From: an uncultured Chloroflexota bacterium
GTDB taxonomy: Bacteria > Chloroflexota > Dehalococcoidia > SM23-28-2 > RBG-16-64-32
Length of the DNA stretch: 35,025 bases
Direction: 5' to 3'
Assembly (NCBI GenBank): GCA_913056415.1
Contig: CAJXNA010000001.1
Span: 1 to 35,025, forward strand
The notes under the pieces are model-generated. The model was not told the DNA's origin. It ran no database searches and saw only the letters and a list, made by a program, of their open reading frames with translations. Every line of letters begins with the position of its first letter. Position 1 is the stretch's first letter. The position numbers were made by a program, and so were the translations under genes. Positions 25,955-34,082 of the stretch are shown in pieces.

Positions 25955-27150
25955 TCCGGCAATAGCCTCACAAACACCTCGTTGGCCAGCAGTCGGCCGC
26001 GGTTGGTGATGCGGATGCGGTCGTTCGTCCGCTCCAGCAGATCCAGCTCCGTGAGCTCGGCGAACGTGGCCGCGTAGGCCGCCTCCGCTCCCGCCCCAAA
26101 GCGGCGCCGGAACTCGGGCAGCGATACGCCCTCGTTGAGGCGGAGCCCCATGATCAGCGTATCGGCGCGGGCCAGCTCCGGTCTGGGCTCCTCCACGTAC
26201 GTCACCTGGCGCATCGATTTCAGGAGAGCGGCGACGTCCGTACCGTTGGGCGGGCCGGCGTCGGCCACTTCCTGGACAAGCTGGACGTACCGTTTGGGCG
26301 AGTAGACGTCGGCGAAGCGGGTGCCGCCGAGGTGCGAGTGAGCCCCCGCTCCCAGGCCGAGCCAGTCGCCGTTACGCCAGTACACCAGGTTGTGGCGGCA
26401 CTCCTTCCCCGGCCGGGCCCAGTTGGAGATCTCGTACTGCTGGTAGCCCGTCTCCGCCATCCGCTCCTGGGACCACTCGTACATCGATGCCTGAACGTCT
26501 CCATCCGGTTCGGGCGCGCGACCGTGGTCGATGTCGTAGGCCAGCTTCGTTCCCTCCTCCACGGTGAGCGCGTACAGCGACATGTGGTCGGGCGCCAGGC
26601 TTATCGCCCGTTCCAGGGAGGCCTGCCAGCGCTCCATTGGCTGCTCCGGCAGGCCGTAGATCAGGTCCAGGTTGATACGCTGAAACCCCGCATCTCGCGC
26701 CCAGCGGTACGCCTCCTCCGCCTCCGCCGCCGAGTGGATGCGGTCCAGGTTGGCAAGTTCGTCGTCGTGGAAGGACTGCACGCCGAAGCTGAGCCGGTTC
26801 ACCCCCATGGCCACGAGCGCGCGTAGGTACTCCAGGTCCACAGTGCCGGGGTTCGCCTCCAACGTCACCTCCGCCTCCGGCTCCAGCGCGAACCGGTCTC
26901 GCAGCGCGGACACGATGCGTTCCACCTGTGGGATCGGCAGCAGGCTGGGCGTGCCGCCGCCGAAGAAGACGGTGGGTACAGGGCGGCCGCGCGCGTACTG
27001 TGACCACAGCTCCATCTCCGCGATGAGAGCGTCGACGTAGGGCTGCACCAGCTCCTCCAGCCCGGCGTAGGAGTTGAAGTCGCAATAGGAGCACTTCAGG
27101 GTGCAGAACGGTATGTGGACGTAGAGGGAGAGGGCGCCGGAAGGCTTCAT
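25951..27150 (-). CDS. hemW: radical SAM heme chaperone HemW (oxygen-independent coproporphyrinogen III oxidase-like)
   Basis: LYVHIPFCTLKCSYCDF carries the CxxxCxxC radical-SAM cluster motif, followed by GGGTPS and a HemN_C-like tail. I prefer ATG 27150 (MKPSGALSLYVHIPFC) over the track start at 27195. Confidence 0.87.
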   Translation of the reverse strand: MKPSGALSLYVHIPFCTLKCSYCDFNSYAGLEELVQPYVDALIAEMELWSQYARGRPVPTVFFGGGTPSLLPIPQVERIVSALRDRFALEPEAEVTLEANPGTVDLEYLRALVAMGVNRLSFGVQSFHDDELANLDRIHSAAEAEEAYRWARDAGFQRINLDLIYGLPEQPMERWQASLERAISLAPDHMSLYALTVEEGTKLAYDIDHGRAPEPDGDVQASMYEWSQERMAETGYQQYEISNWARPGKECRHNLVYWRNGDWLGLGAGAHSHLGGTRFADVYSPKRYVQLVQEVADAGPPNGTDVAALLKSMRQVTYVEEPRPELARADTLIMGLRLNEGVSLPEFRRRFGAGAEAAYAATFAELTELDLLERTNDRIRITNRGRLLANEVFVRLLPD

Positions 27151-27324
27151 ATCAGCATGGTAGCATGTCCGCCGCGGGCGACCGGAACCCTCCACCCTGA
27201 TTAGGGGAGGGTGTCATAGAGCCAGGGTTGACATTCGGTGAAATGACTGCCGACCGCCTGCAGGTCTCATCTGCTATTGACCGGCACCTAGTACAATGTC
27301 GGTGAGCCGCATCGGAGCGCGATA

Positions 27325-27852
27325 ATGCAGCCGGAGTTAGCCAGACAAAAAGACCGGAATCTGCTGAAAACGGAGGCTTCAACCTTCCGCCATCTGCGGC
27401 TGTCCTCCACCCTCGTCAAGTTCCTGATAGTGGGCGGAATAGCCTATCTCATTAATCAGTTCGCCCTGTTCCTGCTTTACGACACGTCGCTCTTCTGGTT
27501 CCTGCCCGCCAAGGACACCGCGGCGGGCTTCCTGTTGTTCACTCACCCGGATCTACGCCTGTTGCTCTCTTCGATCCTGGCAGTAGAGGTGGCCATCATC
27601 TTTCAGTTCAATTCTCACGAGCGTTGGACTTTCCGAGACCGAGTGCGTCCGGGCTGGGGCCCGTTCCGCTTCCTCAAGTTCAACCTGACGTCCGCTGGTA
27701 GCCCAATCATCATCGTGGTGACGGTCAATACCCTCACCCCCCTGTTTGGGATCAGCCCTTATCTCTCCAACACGATCGGCGTATTAGCCGGGGTCACCTG
27801 GAACTGGACAATGAATAATCTGGTCATCTGGCCCCAACGACAAGAGGGTTAA
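27325..27852 (+). CDS. GtrA-family membrane protein (paralog 1)
   Basis: 175 aa with four predicted TMs. KFLIVGGIAYLINQFALFLLY and the NSHERWTFRD motif are typical of GtrA-like proteins. It is a clear paralog of 33287..33832. Confidence 0.85.
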   Translation: MQPELARQKDRNLLKTEASTFRHLRLSSTLVKFLIVGGIAYLINQFALFLLYDTSLFWFLPAKDTAAGFLLFTHPDLRLLLSSILAVEVAIIFQFNSHERWTFRDRVRPGWGPFRFLKFNLTSAGSPIIIVVTVNTLTPLFGISPYLSNTIGVLAGVTWNWTMNNLVIWPQRQEG

Positions 27853-27894
27853 ACCACTGCGGGCGCCGATAGGGGCGTCCCCATCTGATACGGT

Positions 27895-29259
27895 CTACCC
27901 CCCCTCCTCCTCCAGCCTCTCCTCTCGCATCAAAAGGAAGCGGCTGCTCACCAGCAGCACAAAGAAGGCTAGCACGGCGAGGAGGGAGAACCACTGCTGG
28001 TTGCCGTCGATCCACGAGAAGAGCCAGCCCACCCTCAGATAGTTGTCCTCTGCCTCGAAGGGCATCGAGGTGAAGTTAATGTACGCGAAGTACACGTTGA
28101 AGAACTGCACCACGCTCAGGACAGCGAGTACTGCCCAGATGGCTCTAGCATTCATAGCGAACCCGGCGGTCATCAGCAACACGATGGAAGCGAATAGATA
28201 GCGCTCGTGCATGCGTGTCATGAAGAGAAAGAATGCCATTACCGAGAGTGCGGTGCCCAGGGCAAGCGGGCCCGGACCCTTAGCGTCGCGAAATGTCCAG
28301 ATGATGCTGATGCTTGCTGCCGCATACAGAATGATGCCCCACCAGCGGTAGGCCAACCCCAGAAAGGTCAGGTCGTCGGGCTCAAACCAGGCCGTCAGTC
28401 CCCAGAAGTCCAGGGTCCAGAAGTTGTAGGCGTAGAAGGAGTTGAACGGGTACACTTCGGTGGCGTCCTGCAGCTGGCCGAAAATTGCCAACGGGTTGGA
28501 GGGGAAGAAGGGGAGGAGTAACAGGAGCGCCGCTGATAGCGCTGCCGCAACCGCAGGCCAGACCCTGGAGGCGAGATCCCTGCCGAACGCGATGGCTCGG
28601 GTCAGCGGCTCGGCCGCCTCCGGCAGGTTGGGCAAGACCTGCCGGATCTCGTCTCTCAACGCCCAAAAAACAAACACCGGCAGAGCACCGATGGCCAGAG
28701 GCTTCACCAGGAATCCAACCGTGTACACCACCGCCGCCACGAGTGTACGCCCGCGGGCCAGGTAGTACACGGTGAGGAGGAGGAAGAAGGCCAGAATGCT
28801 ATCGACCTGCCCCCACACGGGGCCAACAAGGAGGATTACCGGATGCAGCAGGTAGAGGGCAGCCGCTCCCACCCGGATACCGTGCTTCTGGCCCTCGAGG
28901 ATGCGGTAAAGCAGATAGGCCGAGGCGAGATCGGCGGCTATCGAGGGCAGCTTCAGGATGTACCAGAACAGATCGCCACTGAACGCGAATAAGCTGTCCA
29001 GGCTGCCTATGAACCAGAGAACATAGAGGTAGCCTGGCGTCCAGTCGGAGAGGAAGTCGCCGCTGTAGAAGTTCCATGGCCCCTGTTCGGCCAGCCTCAC
29101 GCTCCAGAACTGGAACGTACCCAGGTCGATGCCGAAGCCGGGCAGGAAGGCCGCTCCCAGTCGTATCAGCAGGCCCAGCATCAGCACGAGGAGGATAGGG
29201 CTGGCCCGGACGCTAAAGCTTATCTTGATGGCCGAAGGGCCCGCCTGTTCCCTATCCAT
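27895..29259 (-). CDS. GT-C-fold polytopic membrane glycosyltransferase-like protein (Gpi18/DUF2029/ALG-like by motif, family not verified)
   Basis: 454 aa with about 12 TMs. There is a conserved Asp just after TM1 (PGFGIDLGTFQFW). Other motifs are DWTPGYLYVLW (compare the DYPP-type loop of eukaryotic ALG6/8), VWGQVDS and YPFNSFYAYNFW. Confidence 0.7.
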   Translation of the reverse strand: MDREQAGPSAIKISFSVRASPILLVLMLGLLIRLGAAFLPGFGIDLGTFQFWSVRLAEQGPWNFYSGDFLSDWTPGYLYVLWFIGSLDSLFAFSGDLFWYILKLPSIAADLASAYLLYRILEGQKHGIRVGAAALYLLHPVILLVGPVWGQVDSILAFFLLLTVYYLARGRTLVAAVVYTVGFLVKPLAIGALPVFVFWALRDEIRQVLPNLPEAAEPLTRAIAFGRDLASRVWPAVAAALSAALLLLLPFFPSNPLAIFGQLQDATEVYPFNSFYAYNFWTLDFWGLTAWFEPDDLTFLGLAYRWWGIILYAAASISIIWTFRDAKGPGPLALGTALSVMAFFLFMTRMHERYLFASIVLLMTAGFAMNARAIWAVLAVLSVVQFFNVYFAYINFTSMPFEAEDNYLRVGWLFSWIDGNQQWFSLLAVLAFFVLLVSSRFLLMREERLEEEGG

Positions 29260-29344
29260 AAGTCACGCTAGTCATCTAGTCTATCAGTAGCTCGCAGCGG
29301 ACATCCTGGACCGCCGGGGCCATGCTGGTGGGCGCGGCGCTCCC

Positions 29345-31249
29345 CTACGGCGGGCACGACTGGCCAACGTCATACAGCGCTACAGGCCCCTCACTCGTAT
29401 CGGCGGCGAAGGCGGCCTCGAACTCCCTAGCGAACAGCGATTCGTTAACCGCCATGCTGCCGTCGAGTTCCAGGGGCCCGACCTCTAGAAAATCGATCTC
29501 GTTGGCCAAGAGCAGGTCGCACGCCTCCTGTTTCCGCGATGCGTCGTATATGGCGCTGGCCGTCTCTCTTCGCGGACCTACTTCGTAGCCGGCGCCATCG
29601 GCGAACTGGGTGAAGCCCAGGAATAATCGCCGGCCCGCCATCGAAGGCTGAACGTACAGCTGAGGTGCCGTGAGAAAGACAGCGTCAGTGTCCGTGTTGT
29701 CTTTGATCCAGTCGATGGTGCTCTCCCTGGGACCGAAGACAGCAAACCGGGGATCATTCTTGATCACCATGAAGTCGATGATGCCGGATAGGACAAGAAA
29801 GAGCAGAACAACGGGTGCAACGGCTGCGGCGAGATATCTCATGTTGAAGTGGCGGATCTTCAGGCTCCAAAGCCTGACAAAGGCGAAGGCAACGAACAGG
29901 TTCATCAGTATTTCCCACGTGTTGAACACCTTGTGATTGTGCCCGCCGAGGTCTCGCCCGAGCTGGACGAAGTTCCCAAACAGGAAGATCGCCATCACTG
30001 CCAGCATCAGCTTCCGGTCGGTCTTGCTGCCCCAGACCGCCGCCAGCACCATCAGCGGCAGGGCTAAGCCCAGGTTCAGCCACCAGTAGGTGATGAAGTG
30101 ATCGACGGTGAGCGGCTCAACCAGATAGCCAATGTGAAGGCGTATGTTCCCCTCCGCGGCGAGGCCCCCGCTCAGCCATATGACCTGGGGCAAGGCGATG
30201 AGGACCGCAGGCACCAGAAAGCTTATCGATTCCCGTATGCGCCCGAAGATCAGGAAAAGGGCGACGTAGAGGACCATGACGGCCACGTACACCGGTCCGT
30301 TCATCCAGAAGGAGAGACCCGCCAGAGCACCTAGCGCCAGCGCCCTTTCGGTCCACAAGGGCTCCCCCCGGCGTAACGGTTGGATCAGACCGTAGGCGAC
30401 GAAGAGGCCGAGGGCGATAGCCACGATGATGTGGCTCTGGGTCAGAAACACGTTCAGCGTCCAGTAGATCGCAATGTCCTCGCCCGTCTCGTACGGCCCG
30501 ATGGCGAGGTAGCGGTTGTGATCCCACAGATTACTGATCGCTTCCGGCACATCGTTGCCGAACTCGTCGAAGTAGCGAAGGAAAGCTAGCGAGCTGTTGG
30601 TGATCAGGAGGGCGACGGCCACTAACCCCACCGATACCTTGTTGAACAGGAGCCTCCCGAGCTCGAAGATCAGCAAGATCATAGCGGTCATGGCCAGAGC
30701 CGCCGGCAAGTTGAAGGCCCAAGCTATCGGAAGGCTCATCCTCTCCAAGGCGCCGGCCAAGAAGTCGAACCCGAAGTGATAGCGGATCGGCTCCAGGGCA
30801 AAAAAAGGATATTCGGGAGGCAGGTTGTGGCCCTCAGAGAAGGACCGCGCGAGGGCGATATGAAGGCCAAAGTCCCCCCAGGTATTGAGAGAGACCGTCA
30901 GCGGGTCCCCCGAGAGGCGCTGGTCCATCAGCCAGAGGGAAAAGATTAGAGCGGCAACGGCAAGAGTTCCCTCCACCCAGCCAAGCTTGAAGGCCGACAG
31001 GGCTAAGTGGCGGTGCCATCGGACAAGGATACCGATCTGTATCGCGAACGCGACGAGAATGCCAATGGGAAGGGCATCCTCCAAGCCAAGAAACACGAAG
31101 GCCGCTAGAAAGGTGACCCATGTCGTCAGGAGCAGCCCCACCAGGTAGCCACCCGCAAGCTGAACCAGAGGGGGCAGGTGCGGGAACGTTCTCTGAATAA
31201 GGAGAAGCCCAACCAGGAAAGACGTGGCGAGGAATACGAGGGCTAGCAC
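29345..31249 (-). CDS. uncharacterised 634-aa polytopic membrane protein with a C-terminal extracytoplasmic domain (possible GT-C-like enzyme)
   Basis: The GTG start at 31249 is preceded by GGTGAGG. The protein has about 13-14 hydrophobic segments and a conserved-looking first loop (NTWGDFGLHIALARSFSEGHNLPPEYPFFALEPIRYHFGFDF). A ~130-aa soluble tail follows. Co-oriented between the PMT gene and the GT-C-like gene. Confidence 0.6.
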   Translation of the reverse strand: MLALVFLATSFLVGLLLIQRTFPHLPPLVQLAGGYLVGLLLTTWVTFLAAFVFLGLEDALPIGILVAFAIQIGILVRWHRHLALSAFKLGWVEGTLAVAALIFSLWLMDQRLSGDPLTVSLNTWGDFGLHIALARSFSEGHNLPPEYPFFALEPIRYHFGFDFLAGALERMSLPIAWAFNLPAALAMTAMILLIFELGRLLFNKVSVGLVAVALLITNSSLAFLRYFDEFGNDVPEAISNLWDHNRYLAIGPYETGEDIAIYWTLNVFLTQSHIIVAIALGLFVAYGLIQPLRRGEPLWTERALALGALAGLSFWMNGPVYVAVMVLYVALFLIFGRIRESISFLVPAVLIALPQVIWLSGGLAAEGNIRLHIGYLVEPLTVDHFITYWWLNLGLALPLMVLAAVWGSKTDRKLMLAVMAIFLFGNFVQLGRDLGGHNHKVFNTWEILMNLFVAFAFVRLWSLKIRHFNMRYLAAAVAPVVLLFLVLSGIIDFMVIKNDPRFAVFGPRESTIDWIKDNTDTDAVFLTAPQLYVQPSMAGRRLFLGFTQFADGAGYEVGPRRETASAIYDASRKQEACDLLLANEIDFLEVGPLELDGSMAVNESLFAREFEAAFAADTSEGPVALYDVGQSCPP

Positions 31250-31302
31250 CGAACCTCACCTACTGCCTTCGTTTGCGAGCAAACCTATCCCTCGGCAGGT
31301 AC

Positions 31303-31326
31303 AACGTTCGCCTGTGGGCGAACGTT
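31303..31326. repeat. perfect 10-bp inverted repeat with 4-nt loop (intercistronic hairpin)
   Basis: AACGTTCGCC tgtg GGCGAACGTT, starting 12 nt downstream of the PMT stop in the minus-strand transcript. No U-tract follows it. Confidence 0.8.
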
Positions 31327-31337
31327 ACTCACCCGAA

Positions 31338-32930
31338 CTAGCGCCAGCACCAGCGAACAGGCGTGCATGAATCGAACCAGAAGTAGGACTCCTTCAAGCC
31401 ATCGGAGACGTCAACTGCGGCCAGGTGCGGGTAGAAGTAGACGAAAGTCAGTGCCGCCGCCGCCAGAAAAGCGATGGCGGGGGCCCTACCCCACGGTCGC
31501 TGCCACAGCCAATGGATGGCGTACGCCAAGGCCAGCAACAGGAAGGCCAGGCTGGGAAGGTAGTGATAGATGAACGTAATCCGGGGCTGTATAGCCCAGG
31601 GCAGAAAGAACCCCAGGTAGGTCAGGACGACGAACAGCAGGGATGCCTGTTCGGGTCCCAGGCTGCCTGATAGAGAGAGCCTGCCCGTCGCTTCCTCAAA
31701 CCTGGCCCGCAGGCCGCGAAGACCCTGCCACAGGGCGAAGGCAAGGGCGGGAAGGCCGGCCCAAAAGGTGATGGGGTTGCCTAAAGAGTAGATCACTGCA
31801 CCGCCGGAGGACACGTATAGGAAGATGGGCCGCATCATGATCGGCCACGTATCCCAGGGCGACGAGTAGGGATGGAAGGCTTCCGGGCCCGTCACCTGGG
31901 GACTCGTCGAGTGGAATTGGTAGGCGTCGCGGTTCAGCAACAGCACATCTCCGAGGTCGTGCCCGGTGAACAGCATAGGAACGTACGTCAGGAGATAGAT
32001 GGAGAGCGGCACGATAACGAAAAACAAAGGCAGAATCATGAGGGACGCCACAGGAGGGATTGCCTCGTCGCCCTGCTTGGAGTGCGAAAATCGGTGGATG
32101 AAGTACGGAGCCGCGGGAGCCAACGCCCAGAGCGCCATCCACGAGCCCAAAGCCGCAACAAAGATGGGCGCCGACACGCCCGGCTCGAGTATGCCGGGTT
32201 GGATTTCGTCGACCAGTAATCCGCCGAACAGGACTGGGGTGCCCAGGTAAAACGCTACCAGGGCCAAGGGAGCCAAGTAGACAAAACTGGCGCCCTTGCC
32301 CTGTTCCGATAGCCAGTAGCGGTATAGGAAATACATGACGATAGGGAAGACGGTCAAGAGGGCGGTCAACTTGATGGCCAAAGCCGCTCCGAAGAACATC
32401 CCGGAGAACATGAAGCGGTCAGACACTAGGAAATAGACGGCGCCCAGGATGAAAAACAAGAGATACGTGTCGGGGGTAGCGATCCTCGATTGAACGAAAA
32501 AGAGCCCTTCGAACACCATCAGGAATCCCGCCGCCAAGCCGGCGATCTCGCTCCTGAAGAGGCGCTTCGCCAGCAGGTAGATGAAGAAGACCGAGCCGAC
32601 GCCTGCCAGGGCGCCGAAAAGGCGCCAGCCGAAGGGGCTGTCCTCCCCCAGCAGAGCCATTCCACCGGCCATGAAAAGCTTGGAAAGGGGCGGATGTGTG
32701 TTCTCGTGCCCGATGAATTCCCAGGCGTCGGGGTCACCACGGAGGATCTCCTGGGCGGTCGTCGGGAAAAAGATCTCGTCGAAGTAGAACTCGCCTGGGG
32801 TCCCCAGCCGGTAGAAGCGGGTGAAGAGCGCGGCTGCCAGCAGGCTAACCAGCAGAGTAATGAGTAGCAGTTGGCGCGCACTGATCTTCGGTGCGCTCAG
32901 GGTCAGGCCTACCGCTGGCTCCCTATCCAA
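31338..32930 (-). CDS. phospholipid-carrier-dependent protein O-mannosyltransferase (PMT family, GT39)
   Basis: 530 aa. Loop-1 DE motif in YFDEIFFPTTAQEIL, then HPPLSKLFMAGGMALLG, FGWRLFGAL and a polytopic C-terminal PMT-like region. The TTG start at 32930 is preceded by AGGAAGG. Confidence 0.85.
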   Translation of the reverse strand: MDREPAVGLTLSAPKISARQLLLITLLVSLLAAALFTRFYRLGTPGEFYFDEIFFPTTAQEILRGDPDAWEFIGHENTHPPLSKLFMAGGMALLGEDSPFGWRLFGALAGVGSVFFIYLLAKRLFRSEIAGLAAGFLMVFEGLFFVQSRIATPDTYLLFFILGAVYFLVSDRFMFSGMFFGAALAIKLTALLTVFPIVMYFLYRYWLSEQGKGASFVYLAPLALVAFYLGTPVLFGGLLVDEIQPGILEPGVSAPIFVAALGSWMALWALAPAAPYFIHRFSHSKQGDEAIPPVASLMILPLFFVIVPLSIYLLTYVPMLFTGHDLGDVLLLNRDAYQFHSTSPQVTGPEAFHPYSSPWDTWPIMMRPIFLYVSSGGAVIYSLGNPITFWAGLPALAFALWQGLRGLRARFEEATGRLSLSGSLGPEQASLLFVVLTYLGFFLPWAIQPRITFIYHYLPSLAFLLLALAYAIHWLWQRPWGRAPAIAFLAAAALTFVYFYPHLAAVDVSDGLKESYFWFDSCTPVRWCWR

Positions 32931-33192
32931 AATTCGACCTTCCTGCTGAGGGTTTGCCCGGACCCCGCAGGGACTCGCTACTTGTTAGACGGCAACAGAA
33001 TAGCGATACTGGCAAGGGTGCCCGCGGTGCGCGGCCCCTCCTGACAGGTACCCCCATCCTTCCCGAGGTGCCTCAAGTCTACCCCAGCACAATCACCGGA
33101 GCAATGAACACGCTAACCACTTGAAGTCGGATCTAGCAGGGAAGCCGTATGCGGAAATGCGGCCATCAGCATCCTCTCCGAAGAGTCCTGTT

Positions 33193-33222
33193 TTGACATA
33201 GATGAATCGGCTAGTCTAATAT
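33193..33222 (+). promoter_or_regulatory. putative sigma70-type promoter upstream of GtrA paralog 2
   Basis: TTGACA (33193-98), an 18-nt spacer, then TAATAT (33217-22). It sits in an AT-richer intergenic region 65 nt upstream of the GTG at 33287. Confidence 0.5.
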
Positions 33223-33286
33223 CAAGGCCCTTATTTACTAAGATCACTGGCAGCAAGGCATAGGTTGCTTCAACTGCGAGGGACGT

Positions 33287-33832
33287 GTGACGGGTGTTGC
33301 CCAAGAGCGATTAGAGCGGCTGCTCAGGCTAGTGTTGGGGCAACGGCTGTCTTCTCGAACTACGTTCATCAGGTTCGTGTTGGTGGGTGGCACTGGCTAT
33401 GTGGTCTACCAGTCGGTTCTTTTCCTGATGTACGACTCGCCTCTTATCTGGTTTTTGCCGGCCAAGAACACCAGCGCTGATATCCTCGTCTTCGAGCACG
33501 GCGACCTTCGTTTCCTGATTACGACTCTGGTGGCCACCTCGCTGGCGCTTGTTGGAGTATTCACGGGGCACAACCTGTGGACCTTCGGCACTAAGCTTTC
33601 GGATCGTAAGCCTCTCTGGCTGCGCTTTGGTCAGTTCCTTGCTTTCGCTTCTGTAGCGGCGTTCGGGATCGTGCTGCCAACGGTAAACGTTCTCACCGTC
33701 CAGTTCGATCTGTACCACTTCCTCGCCCTACCCGTTGGGGTCGCGTTAGGAGGCGTCTGGGACTGGCTCTGGTACTCGCGGTTCGTTTGGCGAGGTTCCC
33801 GGGCCGAGCAGGCCGACGCACACGGCGGATGA
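33287..33832 (+). CDS. GtrA-family membrane protein (paralog 2)
   Basis: 181 aa. RFVLVGGTGYVVYQSVLFLMYDSPLIWFLPAKNTSADILVF...GHNLWTF aligns along its length with 27325..27852 (FLIVGGIAYLINQFALFLLYDTSLFWFLPAKDTAAGFLLF...SHERWTF). Confidence 0.85.
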   Translation: MTGVAQERLERLLRLVLGQRLSSRTTFIRFVLVGGTGYVVYQSVLFLMYDSPLIWFLPAKNTSADILVFEHGDLRFLITTLVATSLALVGVFTGHNLWTFGTKLSDRKPLWLRFGQFLAFASVAAFGIVLPTVNVLTVQFDLYHFLALPVGVALGGVWDWLWYSRFVWRGSRAEQADAHGG

Positions 33833-34082
33833 ACCCCTATCCCGCGCGAGACATCGTTACGGACGGGTGCGGACAATGAGGGCCGCAACCGCTGTTCCTG
33901 ATCCTGGCCCGCCAAGGCCGAAGGCCAGCCGTCCACTAGGGACTGCTAGCGACCTTCGCCGTATTCATGGGCAGCCTGTTCGTGGTCTACGCCACCAGCG
34001 AGACTTTCCTCAGCGCCGACGGCCACCTGCGAGATAGCAGGGGAAAACGGTGGAAGTGCTAGACTAAAAGCCGAGCACGAGA

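Noticed and set aside
27151-27195. Track start of hemW at 27195 (MEGSGRPRRTCYHAD...)
   Set aside because: HemW/HemN-like proteins start a few residues before the LYVHIPFC motif, and ATG 27150 gives that. The upstream 15 codons look like leader sequence and include a 7-bp hairpin (27187..27212).
29257-32930. Shared 5' ends of two genes (both start M-D-R-E, DNA tGGATAGGGA...), and the 8-mer CTAGTCTA in both AT-rich intergenic regions (around 29279 and 33211)
   Set aside because: The matches are too short to distinguish from chance in 35 kb, and there is no supporting symmetry or positional consistency. I recorded them only in case a genome-wide motif search recovers them.
32891-33304. Small ORFs in the PMT/GtrA2 intergenic region (32891..33124 plus, 33113..33304 minus)
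   Set aside because: They have no RBS, no motif and odd composition. The region is better explained as a divergent promoter/leader region, with a near-consensus promoter at 33193..33222.
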